From positions 233,676 to 297,675 of the forward strand of contig CAXXKA010000004.1 in assembly GCA_963668625.2 (NCBI GenBank): 64,000 nt of DNA. Reading direction: 5' to 3'. The notes beneath the pieces are model-generated. The model worked only from the letters and a program-made list of their open reading frames with translations, did no database searches and was not told the origin of the DNA. The stretch is from an uncultured candidate division Zixibacteria bacterium. GTDB taxonomy: Bacteria; Zixibacteria; MSB-5A5; UBA10806; 4484-95. A program made the translations under genes and the position numbers. Positions 31,850 to 43,100 of this stretch are shown here, in pieces; positions within the stretch are counted from its first letter, which is position 1, and every line of letters begins with the position of its first letter.

Positions 31850-33385
31850 TCAGCTCTTTACCTTATCCGGCGTTTCCATCGGCCCACTGACATTATCTAT
31901 AGAGACACTGCCGGCATCCACGATAGTAACCGTTTTAGCGGCCGCAACCGTAACTCTTTCAGCCTCGACAATGATGTTTGGGCAGTTTTTCTTAAGCTTG
32001 GGGCCGCTTTGCTCGCTTTGGGATTTATCAGCGCTTTCAGTTTCAGGCAATGAGGGACTCACTGAGTTTTCAGGTTTAGTCTGGTCCTCTTCCGGGTAGT
32101 CACCGCCTGAGGCATCATCCAAGCTATCGCTTTCGACAACCTCGGCGATTGCCTCTATCTTACCCAGAGTGCCGGTAAGCTCCTCGATTTTCTCATCCAG
32201 AAACTCCTCTATATACGCCTCCGATTGGCTGGCCTGATCGGTCGCCTCCATTTCGGCGATTGCGGCGGTAGCGGCGGCCTCAACGGCTACCGAATCCGAA
32301 TCACTGGTCTGCGCCTGACCGCTTGCTGCTTCATCTACTGGCACATCCGCGCCGGCGCCTACGGCATCTTCTTTGGATGATACGGTATCTGCCTCAACGG
32401 AAACGGTCTCCTCCTCGGTTTCTTCGATCACCGGTTTGTCTTCCGAATCGGCCTGTTGGGACTGTGTCTCCACGACTCGTTCTCCGGGCTTGGTTTCGCC
32501 ACTGGTAAATTTAATTACCTGCTCCATCAATTCCTCAACGCTGAGCTTGGTAACATGAGCATCCGCTTTCAGGAAATCCGCGCGGGCTTTCATGCCCATA
32601 TCACCTATAGAAGAATATACGATGACGGGCATATTGGCGATCTCCGGCGTGCTCCTGATAGCGGTAGTTAAAGCCAGGCCGTCCAATTGCGGCATCTCGA
32701 CATCCGAAATAACCAGGTTGAAATTTTTATCTTCCTCGAGAATTGCAATAGCCTCTTTGCCATCGGCGGCCGAAACCACATCGAATCCCAACTCTTCCAG
32801 CTCGGTAACTAACATGTTTCGCACCGAGGGTGAATCCTCGGCTATGAGTACACGCTGACCTGAGGCGTCGTATTCATGTTCGCTTATTTTGTGCATCTCT
32901 TTGGAGGCCAACTCCGGGCAAAGATCGAGTATTATAGTTTCGTAATCCAGAAGCGGGACCATTCTTTCGCCATCCGGCTTTACTATGCTTATGATATATT
33001 TCTGATCGATAGTCTTCAAAACATCATTAGCATTTATGACATTTTCCCAAACGAAGTGATGAATCCACTCAACCGTATCGACTATAAAGCCGTTTAATAC
33101 ATTGAAAAATTCGGTTACTACTATTTTCTTACCCTCGATAGATTCAGATTTTTCGAATCCTAAAAAATATCCCAGGTCGACAAGCGGTATTACACCGTTG
33201 TTATCTTTAAACATTCCTAAAACGGCTGGGTGCGAATTAATTGCCGCGGTCAGGCATTCGGGGCGAGAGAGTATTTTCTGCACTTTTAGAATATTAATGC
33301 CAAACGAGTGGCCGCTGATTGTATACTCGAGTACCCGAAGCTCGTTGCTGCCTGATTTCAAATAAGATTCAGCATCTAATTTCAT
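31850..33385 (-). CDS. cheV: CheV-like protein (CheW + receiver) with long acidic C-terminal extension
   Basis: NELRVLEY..FGINILKVQKI (CheW domain); VLIAEDS, VISDVEMPQLDG and ADAHVTK (receiver domain). Confidence 0.85.
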   Translation of the reverse strand: MKLDAESYLKSGSNELRVLEYTISGHSFGINILKVQKILSRPECLTAAINSHPAVLGMFKDNNGVIPLVDLGYFLGFEKSESIEGKKIVVTEFFNVLNGFIVDTVEWIHHFVWENVINANDVLKTIDQKYIISIVKPDGERMVPLLDYETIILDLCPELASKEMHKISEHEYDASGQRVLIAEDSPSVRNMLVTELEELGFDVVSAADGKEAIAILEEDKNFNLVISDVEMPQLDGLALTTAIRSTPEIANMPVIVYSSIGDMGMKARADFLKADAHVTKLSVEELMEQVIKFTSGETKPGERVVETQSQQADSEDKPVIEETEEETVSVEADTVSSKEDAVGAGADVPVDEAASGQAQTSDSDSVAVEAAATAAIAEMEATDQASQSEAYIEEFLDEKIEELTGTLGKIEAIAEVVESDSLDDASGGDYPEEDQTKPENSVSPSLPETESADKSQSEQSGPKLKKNCPNIIVEAERVTVAAAKTVTIVDAGSVSIDNVSGPMETPDKVKS

Positions 33386-33388
33386 CGC

Positions 33389-34162
33389 TTATCCCCTTCT
33401 TCTATCTTTAATAAGGGAAATCTTAAAGCTGGCGCCCCCTATCGAGTTCGTCTCGGCCCAAATTTTCCCGCCCATTGCCTCTACGGCCAGACGGCAAAAA
33501 TACAGGCCTAACCCTACGCCTCTAAACTTTCCCTCTTTCCTTAAATCCATCTGTTTGTATTGATCGAATAGATCATCAAGATTAATACCCTCTAATCCTG
33601 AACCCTCATCGCTAACGGTTACCTCGATTTGCTCTCCGGAAACCGCCGTCTCGACATAAATTTTACCTCCGCGAGTGCTGTGTTTGATAGCGTTGAAAAT
33701 CAGATTATCTACAATTCTCAAAAAGTATTCCTTATCGATCTGTGCTTTAGCGTTCGCGCCGGGATTTACTATTATATTTACCTCGTATTCTTCGGCGCTT
33801 GCTTTAAGCATATTGGCGCTTTCTGATACCAGTTCATCAACATCCGCGAAATCCAATTCTATTTGGAAACCAACTCTACCGGCCTTGGCAGAATCGATTA
33901 AATCATGTATTATCGATTCGGCGCGGTTAAATGCCAGTACACTGCTGTTTAACAATTCGCGATGGTGGTTATTTTCGGGATTGAATCTTCCCTTCTGCAA
34001 TAGTTTCAACACTGTTTTCATACTGACAAACGGCCCCTGAAGATCGTGCACCATAATTGCCACGAAATCCAGAAGTTTCTCGTTTTGATCATCCGCCTCA
34101 GCGCTGTTTCCGGCCACTACGTTAAGCGGAATTATCTTGCTGGCCTGAGTCATAACCCCCAC
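33389..34162 (-). CDS. Sensor-less histidine kinase (HisKA + HATPase)
   Basis: H-box MVHDLQGP, N-box NLIFNAIKH, DEGSG, and G2 box GVGLGLYFC. Confidence 0.88.
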   Translation of the reverse strand: MGVMTQASKIIPLNVVAGNSAEADDQNEKLLDFVAIMVHDLQGPFVSMKTVLKLLQKGRFNPENNHHRELLNSSVLAFNRAESIIHDLIDSAKAGRVGFQIELDFADVDELVSESANMLKASAEEYEVNIIVNPGANAKAQIDKEYFLRIVDNLIFNAIKHSTRGGKIYVETAVSGEQIEVTVSDEGSGLEGINLDDLFDQYKQMDLRKEGKFRGVGLGLYFCRLAVEAMGGKIWAETNSIGGASFKISLIKDRRRG

Positions 34163-34525
34163 ACTCTGCGCGATTAAAGCTTTTAACGATAACTTTTTAA
34201 ATCATTATCCTTTCAGTTCAATATCGGCATATATGTTGTTTAGATAAAATTTTATCTGGAATGTTGCACTTTTGAATCAGTTTAACACCCCCAAAACCGA
34301 CGATTATCGATAGAATTCGTATCCACGATCGCTGAATATGGAACTATATAAGTCACCTGTAGTTTATTAATAGTGACATGGGTAATCATGTATCATTGGG
34401 ATAAGATGATGGTAATGATAGTGATTATCGTAGTTATAATTTAAAATTCAAAAAGAAGTTGCACGAAATGGATATTTACACGTATAAATATGTAAACCAA
34501 CGGGATAATACAAACAGGATTTATT

Positions 34526-35413
34526 ATGGCTGATAACTCCGATAATATAAAAAATCTGGTACACTTTGGTACATCATCGTTTTCCTCCCGGGATTGGATA
34601 GGCTCGTTTTATCCCCGGGATGCTAAACCGATGGATTTCCTGAAACACTATGCTCGACAATTCGATATAGTCGAGGTGGATTCGACATATTATTCCATAC
34701 CATCGGCTTACACTGTTGATGGCTGGTTGGAGAAAACACCGTTAAATTTCAAGATATCAGCTAAATTCCCACGCTCGATCGTACATGCCGGCAAAGATAA
34801 ACGACCCGATCCTTTGCGAATACTCGACCGGGATGCCACTTATCCCGACCGCGACAGGTTTCTTGATGCTATGCAGCGGCTGGGGGTTAGTCTCGGGCCT
34901 CTTCTGATACAATTCCCCTATTTCTCCAAAAAGGTGTTTTCTTACAAAGATGTCTTCATCGAGCGCCTCGACAGGTTTTTAGGGGACTTGCCCAAGGATT
35001 TCAAATATGCCGTGGAGATACGCAACCGTCACTGGCTGAAAAAGGATTTCGCCGATCTCTGCCGTAAACATAATGCTGCCCTGGTATTGGCAGATCAGGC
35101 CTGGATGCCGCACGGCGACCAGGTAATGGAGTGGTTCGATCCGGTAACCTCCGATTTCTCGTATATCAGGCTTTTAGGCAATCGCAAGGAGATTGAGGCA
35201 TTAACGCATACCTGGCAAAAAGAGGTTCTTGATCGCTCGGAGCTTCTGTTTCGCTGGGCCGAGCTACTAAAACGCCTGGCCGAGCGTTCGATAGAAACAT
35301 ACGTTTACGCCAACAACCATTACGCCGGCCATGCGCCATCAACCGCCAAGAAACTGCGTGAGATGTTTCACAAAGCGCTCGAAACCGAAGAAGTCGATTC
35401 GACCTCGAATTAA
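34526..35413 (+). CDS. DUF72 domain protein
   Basis: FGTSSFS, VEVDSTYY, GPLLIQFP, AVEIRN, YIRLLG and YVYANNHYAGHA. Confidence 0.92.
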   Translation: MADNSDNIKNLVHFGTSSFSSRDWIGSFYPRDAKPMDFLKHYARQFDIVEVDSTYYSIPSAYTVDGWLEKTPLNFKISAKFPRSIVHAGKDKRPDPLRILDRDATYPDRDRFLDAMQRLGVSLGPLLIQFPYFSKKVFSYKDVFIERLDRFLGDLPKDFKYAVEIRNRHWLKKDFADLCRKHNAALVLADQAWMPHGDQVMEWFDPVTSDFSYIRLLGNRKEIEALTHTWQKEVLDRSELLFRWAELLKRLAERSIETYVYANNHYAGHAPSTAKKLREMFHKALETEEVDSTSN

Positions 35414-35530
35414 CATAATTAATTTATAAAATTCTAAATCATTGTTTCTTGCTCTAGAACAGGTATAGGGATACCCCACTCCGGTCATCGCCGGGATGAG
35501 TTCACCTTGCTGTCTAAAAATAATGCCAAT

Positions 35531-35558
35531 AAAAAATCCCCAGCGAAAAACTGGGGAT
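35531..35558 (-). terminator. Rho-independent terminator of the M6 protease gene
   Basis: Minus strand ATCCCCAG-tttttcg-CTGGGGAT-TTTTT. Confidence 0.75.
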
Positions 35559-35579
35559 CGTAAAAGTAATTAATCTTCC

Positions 35580-38219
35580 CTACTTAATCAAAAGCATCCG
35601 CTTCGTCTCGCTAATATCATCCGTAGTCAACTTGTAGAAATACATACCCGAGGACATATCACCGGCATCCCATACAATACTGTGACTACCGGCCGGCATC
35701 ATCTCCTCAACCAGTGTTTCGACATGCCTGCCTAATAGATCGTATATATCAAGAGACACTTCGGATTGGGCCTGCAATTCAAACGATATCATTGTCCGGG
35801 CATTAAACGGATTAGGATAATTCTGGACTAAACCGGTGGAATTCGGCAGCATCGAGCCATCTCGATCATCAATACCGGTTGTCGAATACAGGTATTCGTA
35901 CGCCGCCTCAATCAAATCGGCGCGGGTATCGTAACCGGGATAGTCACTGTTTGCGCCCTCAATACCAAATCCGATAGTCATCACCGAATAACCGTCATCC
36001 AGAACACCGGCCGCAGCCAGCGTTCCCGCCGCGTAAGTCATAAGCTGCTGACCGCCATCAAGCAGGAAAAGAGCATCCTGCGAGTTCTGGTTGTTAGCGC
36101 CCTCGTTACCACCGGTGATGAAGGACAATCCCTCGAATGCAGTACCATCCTCGCCATTCACGAAATGATACGCCTCGCGATCATCATAGTACACCTTCAG
36201 ATACGAGTTTAACAGGACTATATCATCGGCGTCGCCTCGTTCGTATAGCTTTTGCACGAAATCCTGGCTGGTAATAAGCAGACGGCCACCGTTGCTGAGA
36301 TAGTCGATTAATTTTTCAACAACTGCTTGCGGGATCTCATCCGAGCGCGAATCGCCGGTAAACCAGATAACCAGAGGATGCTGGTTTAAAACCTCACCCG
36401 GTAAACCCTGGCTCGCTATATCCCAATGCGAAAAAGTCAGATCAAGCTCATTTAAGGCATCGGCATAATAACTCTCGAGGGTATCACCGCCGTCATCATC
36501 TACGAGCATAACATCCGGTATACCTATCACCTGAGGCACTGTAAACACCTGTACGTAAGAGCCGTCATTGGCCTCGAATGTCAACGTTATCGTGACGGTT
36601 CCGGTTGGATAATCGGCTGGCACCTCGAATGTGACGAGATTATAGTCGTTGTTGAAATCCTGATCTACCGGTATCTGGCCGAACAAGGATATTGAATCAG
36701 TGAGAATAATCTCCGAATCGGAGAATGATGCCGTAACGATTAAATCCTCGGCAATCGATCGGACATTGACGGCCTCGAAACGAATATCGCATGTCTCCCC
36801 GGCCTCTGGCAAGCCGTTATCGTTGCCGTATTCCGAATCATCGATAGTCAGCCAATTGAGCTGATACAACGGTTGGTTATACATGATATGTAAATCAGCA
36901 GTCATCGAGGAATCGTCGTCGGAGATATTTATCACGGCTATCTCCGAGGCGCCATAATCATAAAAATCCGAATTAGGAGTAGACCAGGCATCGAAAGTAT
37001 TATTATTGTATGCTCCCGGCCAGGGATCTCCGGCATCACTGCCATTGTTATGCTCCAGATCGAACCGGCCATCGGCCTGCTCGACCGCGACCAGGTATCT
37101 ATCCTGATTATCGTTGTTATCCCGGGTTTCATCCACATGATAGATCAATAGACCGCTGCCGGGCATCAATTGATCGAAACTCATCCGCTGACGGTTCTCT
37201 ACCAGAAAATACTGCAAGAACGGATCGCCCTGGCTATACAGACGGTAAACATCCGGACTATATTCTACCGCGTCTATCTGCTCGCCGTTTAAGTTAGTAG
37301 TAGGAGTTTGGGGATTGATAAAACCCAGTTCCTTTTTACACCAGGCGTCAAAATGTACCGGGCGACGGCCTCCACCGGCCCACACTCCGCCCGACATTAT
37401 CGACCATCCACCGGTGCCGTCCGAATCATAATCGTAATCATAAAGATCGGGCAATCCCAGTACATGACCGAACTCATGGCAAAATACGCCGATATGCACT
37501 ATATCGACTCCGCCATCCTCCTCCGGCTCCATCGAATAACGCCAGATATAAACGCCGTCATCGGTATCCACCTGATAGCCGGTTGACCAGGCATGAGAGT
37601 GAATATGATTCAAATTGCCTGAATTCTCGTATCCCGGTCCGGCATGGACAACGAATAAACCATCAACCATACCATCGCCATCGTTATCATAATTTGAAAA
37701 ATCAACATCGGCATCGGCGGCTGTTACCGCATCCTCGGCCAGACGTTGCGCGTTACGGGGATAACTGCCGAATCCTCTTTGGCCATCGGCATAATACGTA
37801 GAGTTCTGCGGCATTCGATACCAATCGGTGATCTCGCCAATCAGTAATGCCTGGCCATAGCTGACCTCGAAATAATAATCGGTCATGCTGCCCGGCTCGT
37901 AAATATCGCGGGAAAACATCACGCTATCTAAATCTTCTTTGGTGGCTGCGACCGAGCCCGCCGTATACGGCATATCATCGAAATCCGCCAACACGAATAT
38001 GCAGTGAAGGGTATCGATATCAGTGGCCAATCCGAATCGTATCGGATCGGGATTAGCCTGCCATACGCCTCTCTCCCGAGCCGCCCGATCGGCTTGAACT
38101 ATTCGTTCTAATTGACCCGTATCTTTGAGATGTTTTACGATTTCAGGCGCCAACGGCACCGCGTTAGCCGAGCCGATAAACAACAGCACGATTGCAAGTA
38201 TCATTACCTTTCTAAACAT
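35580..38219 (-). CDS. M6 family (immune inhibitor A-like) metalloprotease with T9SS type A-like CTD
   Basis: Signal peptide from MFRKVMIL. DFSNYDNDGDG.VDGLFVVHAGPG, zinc motif CHEFGHVLGLPDLYD, YFLVENRQ, GLLIYHVDE, and CTD QNYPNPFNA. Confidence 0.93.
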   Translation of the reverse strand: MFRKVMILAIVLLFIGSANAVPLAPEIVKHLKDTGQLERIVQADRAARERGVWQANPDPIRFGLATDIDTLHCIFVLADFDDMPYTAGSVAATKEDLDSVMFSRDIYEPGSMTDYYFEVSYGQALLIGEITDWYRMPQNSTYYADGQRGFGSYPRNAQRLAEDAVTAADADVDFSNYDNDGDGMVDGLFVVHAGPGYENSGNLNHIHSHAWSTGYQVDTDDGVYIWRYSMEPEEDGGVDIVHIGVFCHEFGHVLGLPDLYDYDYDSDGTGGWSIMSGGVWAGGGRRPVHFDAWCKKELGFINPQTPTTNLNGEQIDAVEYSPDVYRLYSQGDPFLQYFLVENRQRMSFDQLMPGSGLLIYHVDETRDNNDNQDRYLVAVEQADGRFDLEHNNGSDAGDPWPGAYNNNTFDAWSTPNSDFYDYGASEIAVINISDDDSSMTADLHIMYNQPLYQLNWLTIDDSEYGNDNGLPEAGETCDIRFEAVNVRSIAEDLIVTASFSDSEIILTDSISLFGQIPVDQDFNNDYNLVTFEVPADYPTGTVTITLTFEANDGSYVQVFTVPQVIGIPDVMLVDDDGGDTLESYYADALNELDLTFSHWDIASQGLPGEVLNQHPLVIWFTGDSRSDEIPQAVVEKLIDYLSNGGRLLITSQDFVQKLYERGDADDIVLLNSYLKVYYDDREAYHFVNGEDGTAFEGLSFITGGNEGANNQNSQDALFLLDGGQQLMTYAAGTLAAAGVLDDGYSVMTIGFGIEGANSDYPGYDTRADLIEAAYEYLYSTTGIDDRDGSMLPNSTGLVQNYPNPFNARTMISFELQAQSEVSLDIYDLLGRHVETLVEEMMPAGSHSIVWDAGDMSSGMYFYKLTTDDISETKRMLLIK

Positions 38220-38472
38220 TGATTTTCCTCCCAAGAGAGCCTTAACCTTCCTCTATCATTTTAAGCTTAATAATTAACAAACCTCATGCCGGAAAACGGC
38301 TTATACTGAGATAAGGCGGTTAACGACTTAAGGGGGTTATCGCTAACATATTGGTATACATAACATTACAGCACCACATATATCCTTGTTCGTAATGTTA
38401 ATTATATTAAACAATATTAGATGACATACGCGGATATGATACAATTTATCGACATTGAGCAATTAACTATCA

Positions 38473-39597
38473 CTAATGTATAACAGAATCAATGTAATTG
38501 ATTTTTCTCTCCAAATCTATATCGCCAGGATGTTTTTCCAACAATCGTGAATATATCGCGCGTGCTGCTCTGTAATGATACACGATTAAATATAGGGAAG
38601 CCATTTTGCTGAGAATGTCAGAATCATCCGGGTACTTTTCGAGGGCCGACTTGTACATTTCGATAGCTTCCTCATACTTCTCCATCGTCACTAAAACCGC
38701 ACCTTTCGTATTATAGAGGAAATAATTATAGGGATCGTCAACCTGAAGTGATTCTATTATTTCGAGAGCACCTTCCAGATCATTCTCTATATATAATAAA
38801 CGAGATTTGCAACTCAGAATTTCTTCATCCCCGGGATATAGCTCCATAGCTTTCTCGATAATAAATGCAGCCGATTCTTCTTTCCTATGATCCATATAAT
38901 AATTGGCGGCGGTAGTATAATAGCACAATGAATCGCCGCTTGAAAATAAAGCATTCGCGGACTGATTGAGATCCAGGTATGAAACAATCATGAGCTTTTT
39001 ACATCGCTCGCTGGCAGGATCATAGGAAATACCCTGTTTACAGTAATTGATACAATCATCCAGTTTTTCCAGGCTATAGGATGATAAAGCGAGGTTGTAA
39101 TACACTCCCTCCTGTTTCGGAAAACCTTTTTCCAAACCTGTTAAAGTATATTTCATCGATTTTTCGATATCACCGAATACCCAGCAAGTCTCACCCAACT
39201 CGATATAAAACTGGGCAATATCAGGATGAAATTTAATAGCATCTTTTAACAGCTTTTCCGCTTTTTTATAATTCTTTTCTACTGCGCGATAGTACTGCGC
39301 CATCAATATCGGGGCGTAAACCAGCCGCTGCTCAATTTTTAAAGCGCTTTTGAACAGCTTCATTGACTCATCCCATTCTTCCTCGATGATGAATTTTTCA
39401 ATAGCCCTATCCTCGATTGCCAGGGCATCTTGATCGAGCTCATCATAGTCATTAATTACGATTTCAGCTTTTTTTATTCTATTGCCTGAAAAACGACTAA
39501 AATAGTCTTCCATCGAATCAGCATAAGATTCGATCGATAGTATAAATACAAATACCAGAATGAACACCGTTGCATTATATGACTTCTTTAACATCAC
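38473..39597 (-). CDS. Tetratricopeptide repeat protein with signal peptide
   Basis: Repeated TPR motifs, e.g. LYNTKGAVLVTMEKYEEAIEMYKSALEKYP. Confidence 0.85.
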   Translation of the reverse strand: MMLKKSYNATVFILVFVFILSIESYADSMEDYFSRFSGNRIKKAEIVINDYDELDQDALAIEDRAIEKFIIEEEWDESMKLFKSALKIEQRLVYAPILMAQYYRAVEKNYKKAEKLLKDAIKFHPDIAQFYIELGETCWVFGDIEKSMKYTLTGLEKGFPKQEGVYYNLALSSYSLEKLDDCINYCKQGISYDPASERCKKLMIVSYLDLNQSANALFSSGDSLCYYTTAANYYMDHRKEESAAFIIEKAMELYPGDEEILSCKSRLLYIENDLEGALEIIESLQVDDPYNYFLYNTKGAVLVTMEKYEEAIEMYKSALEKYPDDSDILSKMASLYLIVYHYRAARAIYSRLLEKHPGDIDLERKINYIDSVIH

Positions 39598-39919
39598 GAA
39601 TAACCTTTCGCCATTTAGGTTTATAAAGATAGTATATCTGGTTGATCATTATATATATTTAAACCTTTCACGCCTAAAATATATTAGTAAATTATAATAA
39701 ATTCAAGACAATACATATTCCGTTAATCACGAAAAAAACTCATGAAGTAAAATTATTTTGAAGAAACGATGTCATTACCGAATTAGTATGAATTTCCAGG
39801 GCATTAATCTGATTTAAGATTAACTACTTACATCCGATAGCCTATTGAGCGGTTATTATTGCAAGTATTGCAAAAAACCGTTGTGTTAATACAAGCGGAA
39901 TATTATAATGGGCAATACT

Positions 39920-40006
39920 GGAGAGGTGGCCGAGCGGCTGAAGGCAGCTGCCTGCTAAGCAGTTAACGGGGAAACTCGTTCCAGGGTTCGAATCCCTGCC
40001 TCTCCG
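39920..40006 (+). tRNA. tRNA-Ser(GCT)
   Basis: GGAGAGGTGGCCGAGCGGCTGAAGGCAGCTGCCTGCTAAGCAGTTAACGGGGAAACTCGTTCCAGGGTTCGAATCCCTGCCTCTCCG; long variable arm. Confidence 0.96.
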
Positions 40007-40115
40007 GATAATTTCAATTGCTTAAAACGCAATCACTTATATTTTCCGCGCAAAACTTATTAATGGTTTATCATCTATAGTTTGTAATCGAATTTAGCCA
40101 GAATTACACAGTCTA

Positions 40116-43100
40116 TTATCTATTTTTGTATTCAGTCTGTCTGCTATTTGATATCTCCTCAATCTCCTGGCAATTAGGCCAATTAAACGGCATTTCCCCT
40201 GGTAAATCGGATGATTCAGGCCAGTTAGTCGGATGGAACGGGCAGTACGTCAGGTCGTTCAGGTTGCGGAAATAGTTAACAAGGTAGGTGACATCCGAAC
40301 CGATTACGGCGCAATCACCGTTAACATCCGCCGGCCCGAAAAAGCTGTCGAGGAAACACGGTTCGGCTTTATTTCTGAAATAATTCACCAGGTAGGATAC
40401 ATCCGCTCCAATAACCAGAGGCGGCCAATCACCGACCCACATATTAATATCACCGGGAAAATAGTTAGTGTGAATAAAGGCGTTGTAAAACGAAACCGCC
40501 CCGATATCTATTCGAGTGCCGTCAGCATCAATGTATAGAGTATCGTTGGGGTGCCCCATATCGATACAGGGTGATTTCAGCGAATCGGTATATGGAAATC
40601 CCACCCACATCAAGCTGAAATCACCTGCTGATGGTTCGATAAACATCGGGTCATCCGATATATTATTAGCTCCACCCGATGTATAACCATTCTGAATATC
40701 GCAATAGTCGACAAAGGGAGCAACCATGGAAGAATCGACATGTATCTGGCTGCTATAATTGGCGTCGTTATTCCAAATGATGCTATTTAGCAACAATGGG
40801 CTGCAGTTGTTCAAATATACCCCACCGCCGGTATTGGCTTGATTTGCATAAAACGTATTGCTTAGCAACGCCATACTGTCGGTGCAACCTTCGATATAAA
40901 CACCGCCGCCATAATTAAATGCCTCGTTAAGCCAGAAAATATTTCTTTCTATACGGGCATCGGAACCATTTTCGATACTGACCGCGCCGCCGTTCGATTC
41001 GCTAAGATTGTTCGTGAATAAGTTGAAAATAACCTGCGGAGAACTTCCGTCTGCCAGGACTGCTCCCGGGGTATTTTCGCCATAGTTATTCTCGAATATA
41101 TTGTAGCTGATCACCACTCCATCCCCGGCATTATCCAGCCGAATCGGAGTATCATTGGAGTATTCTATTAATGATAAATGCACCAAGCTGCTTTCCGCAT
41201 TATTGAAACATATACTCCCCCAGCCCCTACTCGTATCGAATGAGGTATATCGCACCCGACTAAAAGTCGTATCATCATCCATGATAACCCATTTGCCTTC
41301 GCTCAGCAACAAACCGGTGTTTTCCACGATAATATCATACATACCCATGAAATTAAGTGTCACACCCTGCTCGATAATCAGCGTATCGCCATCGCTAACG
41401 ATAATATCACCGGTAACCTTAAATGTATCCGGTGGAAATAGCTCTGTTTTGCCTGTAATATCTCCGAAAATCCTTTGCATCCCCTGTGGAAAATGCCGGG
41501 CTCCTATATCCGTGCGGGTGGTGTCCGGATCTTTGAAAATAGTAGTATCCGGATTGCCGCGTTCGATACATGGCGAGCCCAGCCCGAGATTGAAATCGCC
41601 GTTATCACGATCGACAAAGAGCGGATCATCACTAATACATGAATCGGCATCCTGAATATCGTTTAAGGAGCCCTGGCTCAGGTCACAGTAATCGTAGGTC
41701 ACGTTATTACCGGCGAAATACAGGTGACGGGATTGGTAATCGATAGCCAGATTTTCCCAGAATATACAGTTCTGAATATCAAAATCAGAAACCGCATTCG
41801 CGTATATCGCTCCGCCCGAATTCTCCGATTTATTTCGATAAAAAGTATTATTAGTAAATAGCGTTCTTTCTATTGGCGCCAGCGAGTCACAGTAAATCGC
41901 GCCGCCATAGCTATTGGAATGATTAAGCCAGAACACATTTCGCTTCAAATTCAAATCGGTGATTGCCGATAGCGATATCGCTCCGCCTTCCGCACTGGCT
42001 GAATCAGCTTTGAACGTATTACTGAAAAGATCAAGAGAACCGCCGATCGCGTTAACGGCCGCGCCTCGAACCGCCTCGTTATCGACGAATACGGAACTAC
42101 TGCAAATTAAAGAACCATTATAGGAGGCAACAGCGCCATAGTTATTTTTTTCAAAATAACATGTATCTAAAACTCCCGTGGAATTAGTCAGTGTTATCGC
42201 AGCCGAGGAGTCGGCGCCTAAAAATCGCGTAAATGTAAAATAACTGGGATCGGAATTCACGAAGTTAATCCCCTTATAGCCGATACCAGGATCATTCCGT
42301 CCGAAAGTAATTATAGACTCAGCAGTGCCGGGAGCGTTGATATACGATCCGGAGCAAACGACAATATCATATAACGATATTACCCCGGCATCGTAACAAT
42401 GTTTGAATAGCACCTCAACACCCGGCTCGATATATAAACCATCACCGCTTGATACGCTACAAGGCGACATCACGTAATAAGGACTGTATAATTCTTGAAG
42501 AGTATCCAGTTGGATCCTACCGACCAGGTTGAAAATATGATGATACGGATAGGCGCCCATATCGGCGTAACTACTATCGGCATCCTTGGGCAGTAGAGGA
42601 TCACCGGTATTTATGCAGGGCGATTTCCCCTCGACATCATCCTGTATTCCACTCCATGAAAGACTCAAATCTATTACATGAACTCTTGCAGTATCATTAA
42701 ATATTGGATACTCATTAATACAGGAATAATCCAGATAGCCAAGATTTTCATTAACATCGGAGTATTTAACAATCGGATTATCATTTCCCGGCTCGACGTA
42801 TATTTCAGGGTTGCTTAAACTTGCCATATCATCCCACAAAATACAGCTATTTATGGTTGGAAGAGCTTCTGTCCGGGTAGATATCGCTCCGCCAAAACGA
42901 GCGCTATTTTGAAAAAATGTGCAGTTTTCGATAGCTATAGTCGTAGTATCCGATAAGTCTAATCCTCCACCTTTTTCATTTGCTACATTAAAATCGAAAA
43001 CGTTATTTTTGAAAATGCCTTCTTGAACATGTTGTAGTAGAGCTCCCCCTCCGTTCGTACCAATGGCTTGATTGTTGTAAAAATAGTTGCCGGTTATATT

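Noticed and set aside
34221-34250. Sigma28 (FliA) promoter upstream of the kinase-cheV pair
   Set aside because: The -10-like GCCGATAT is present on the minus strand, but no TAAA -35 lies at the expected 15-nt spacing.
39920-40006. Possible tRNA-Sec supporting the selenoprotein
   Set aside because: The anticodon is GCT with a standard 7-bp acceptor stem, so it is tRNA-Ser. No Sec machinery is visible in this window.
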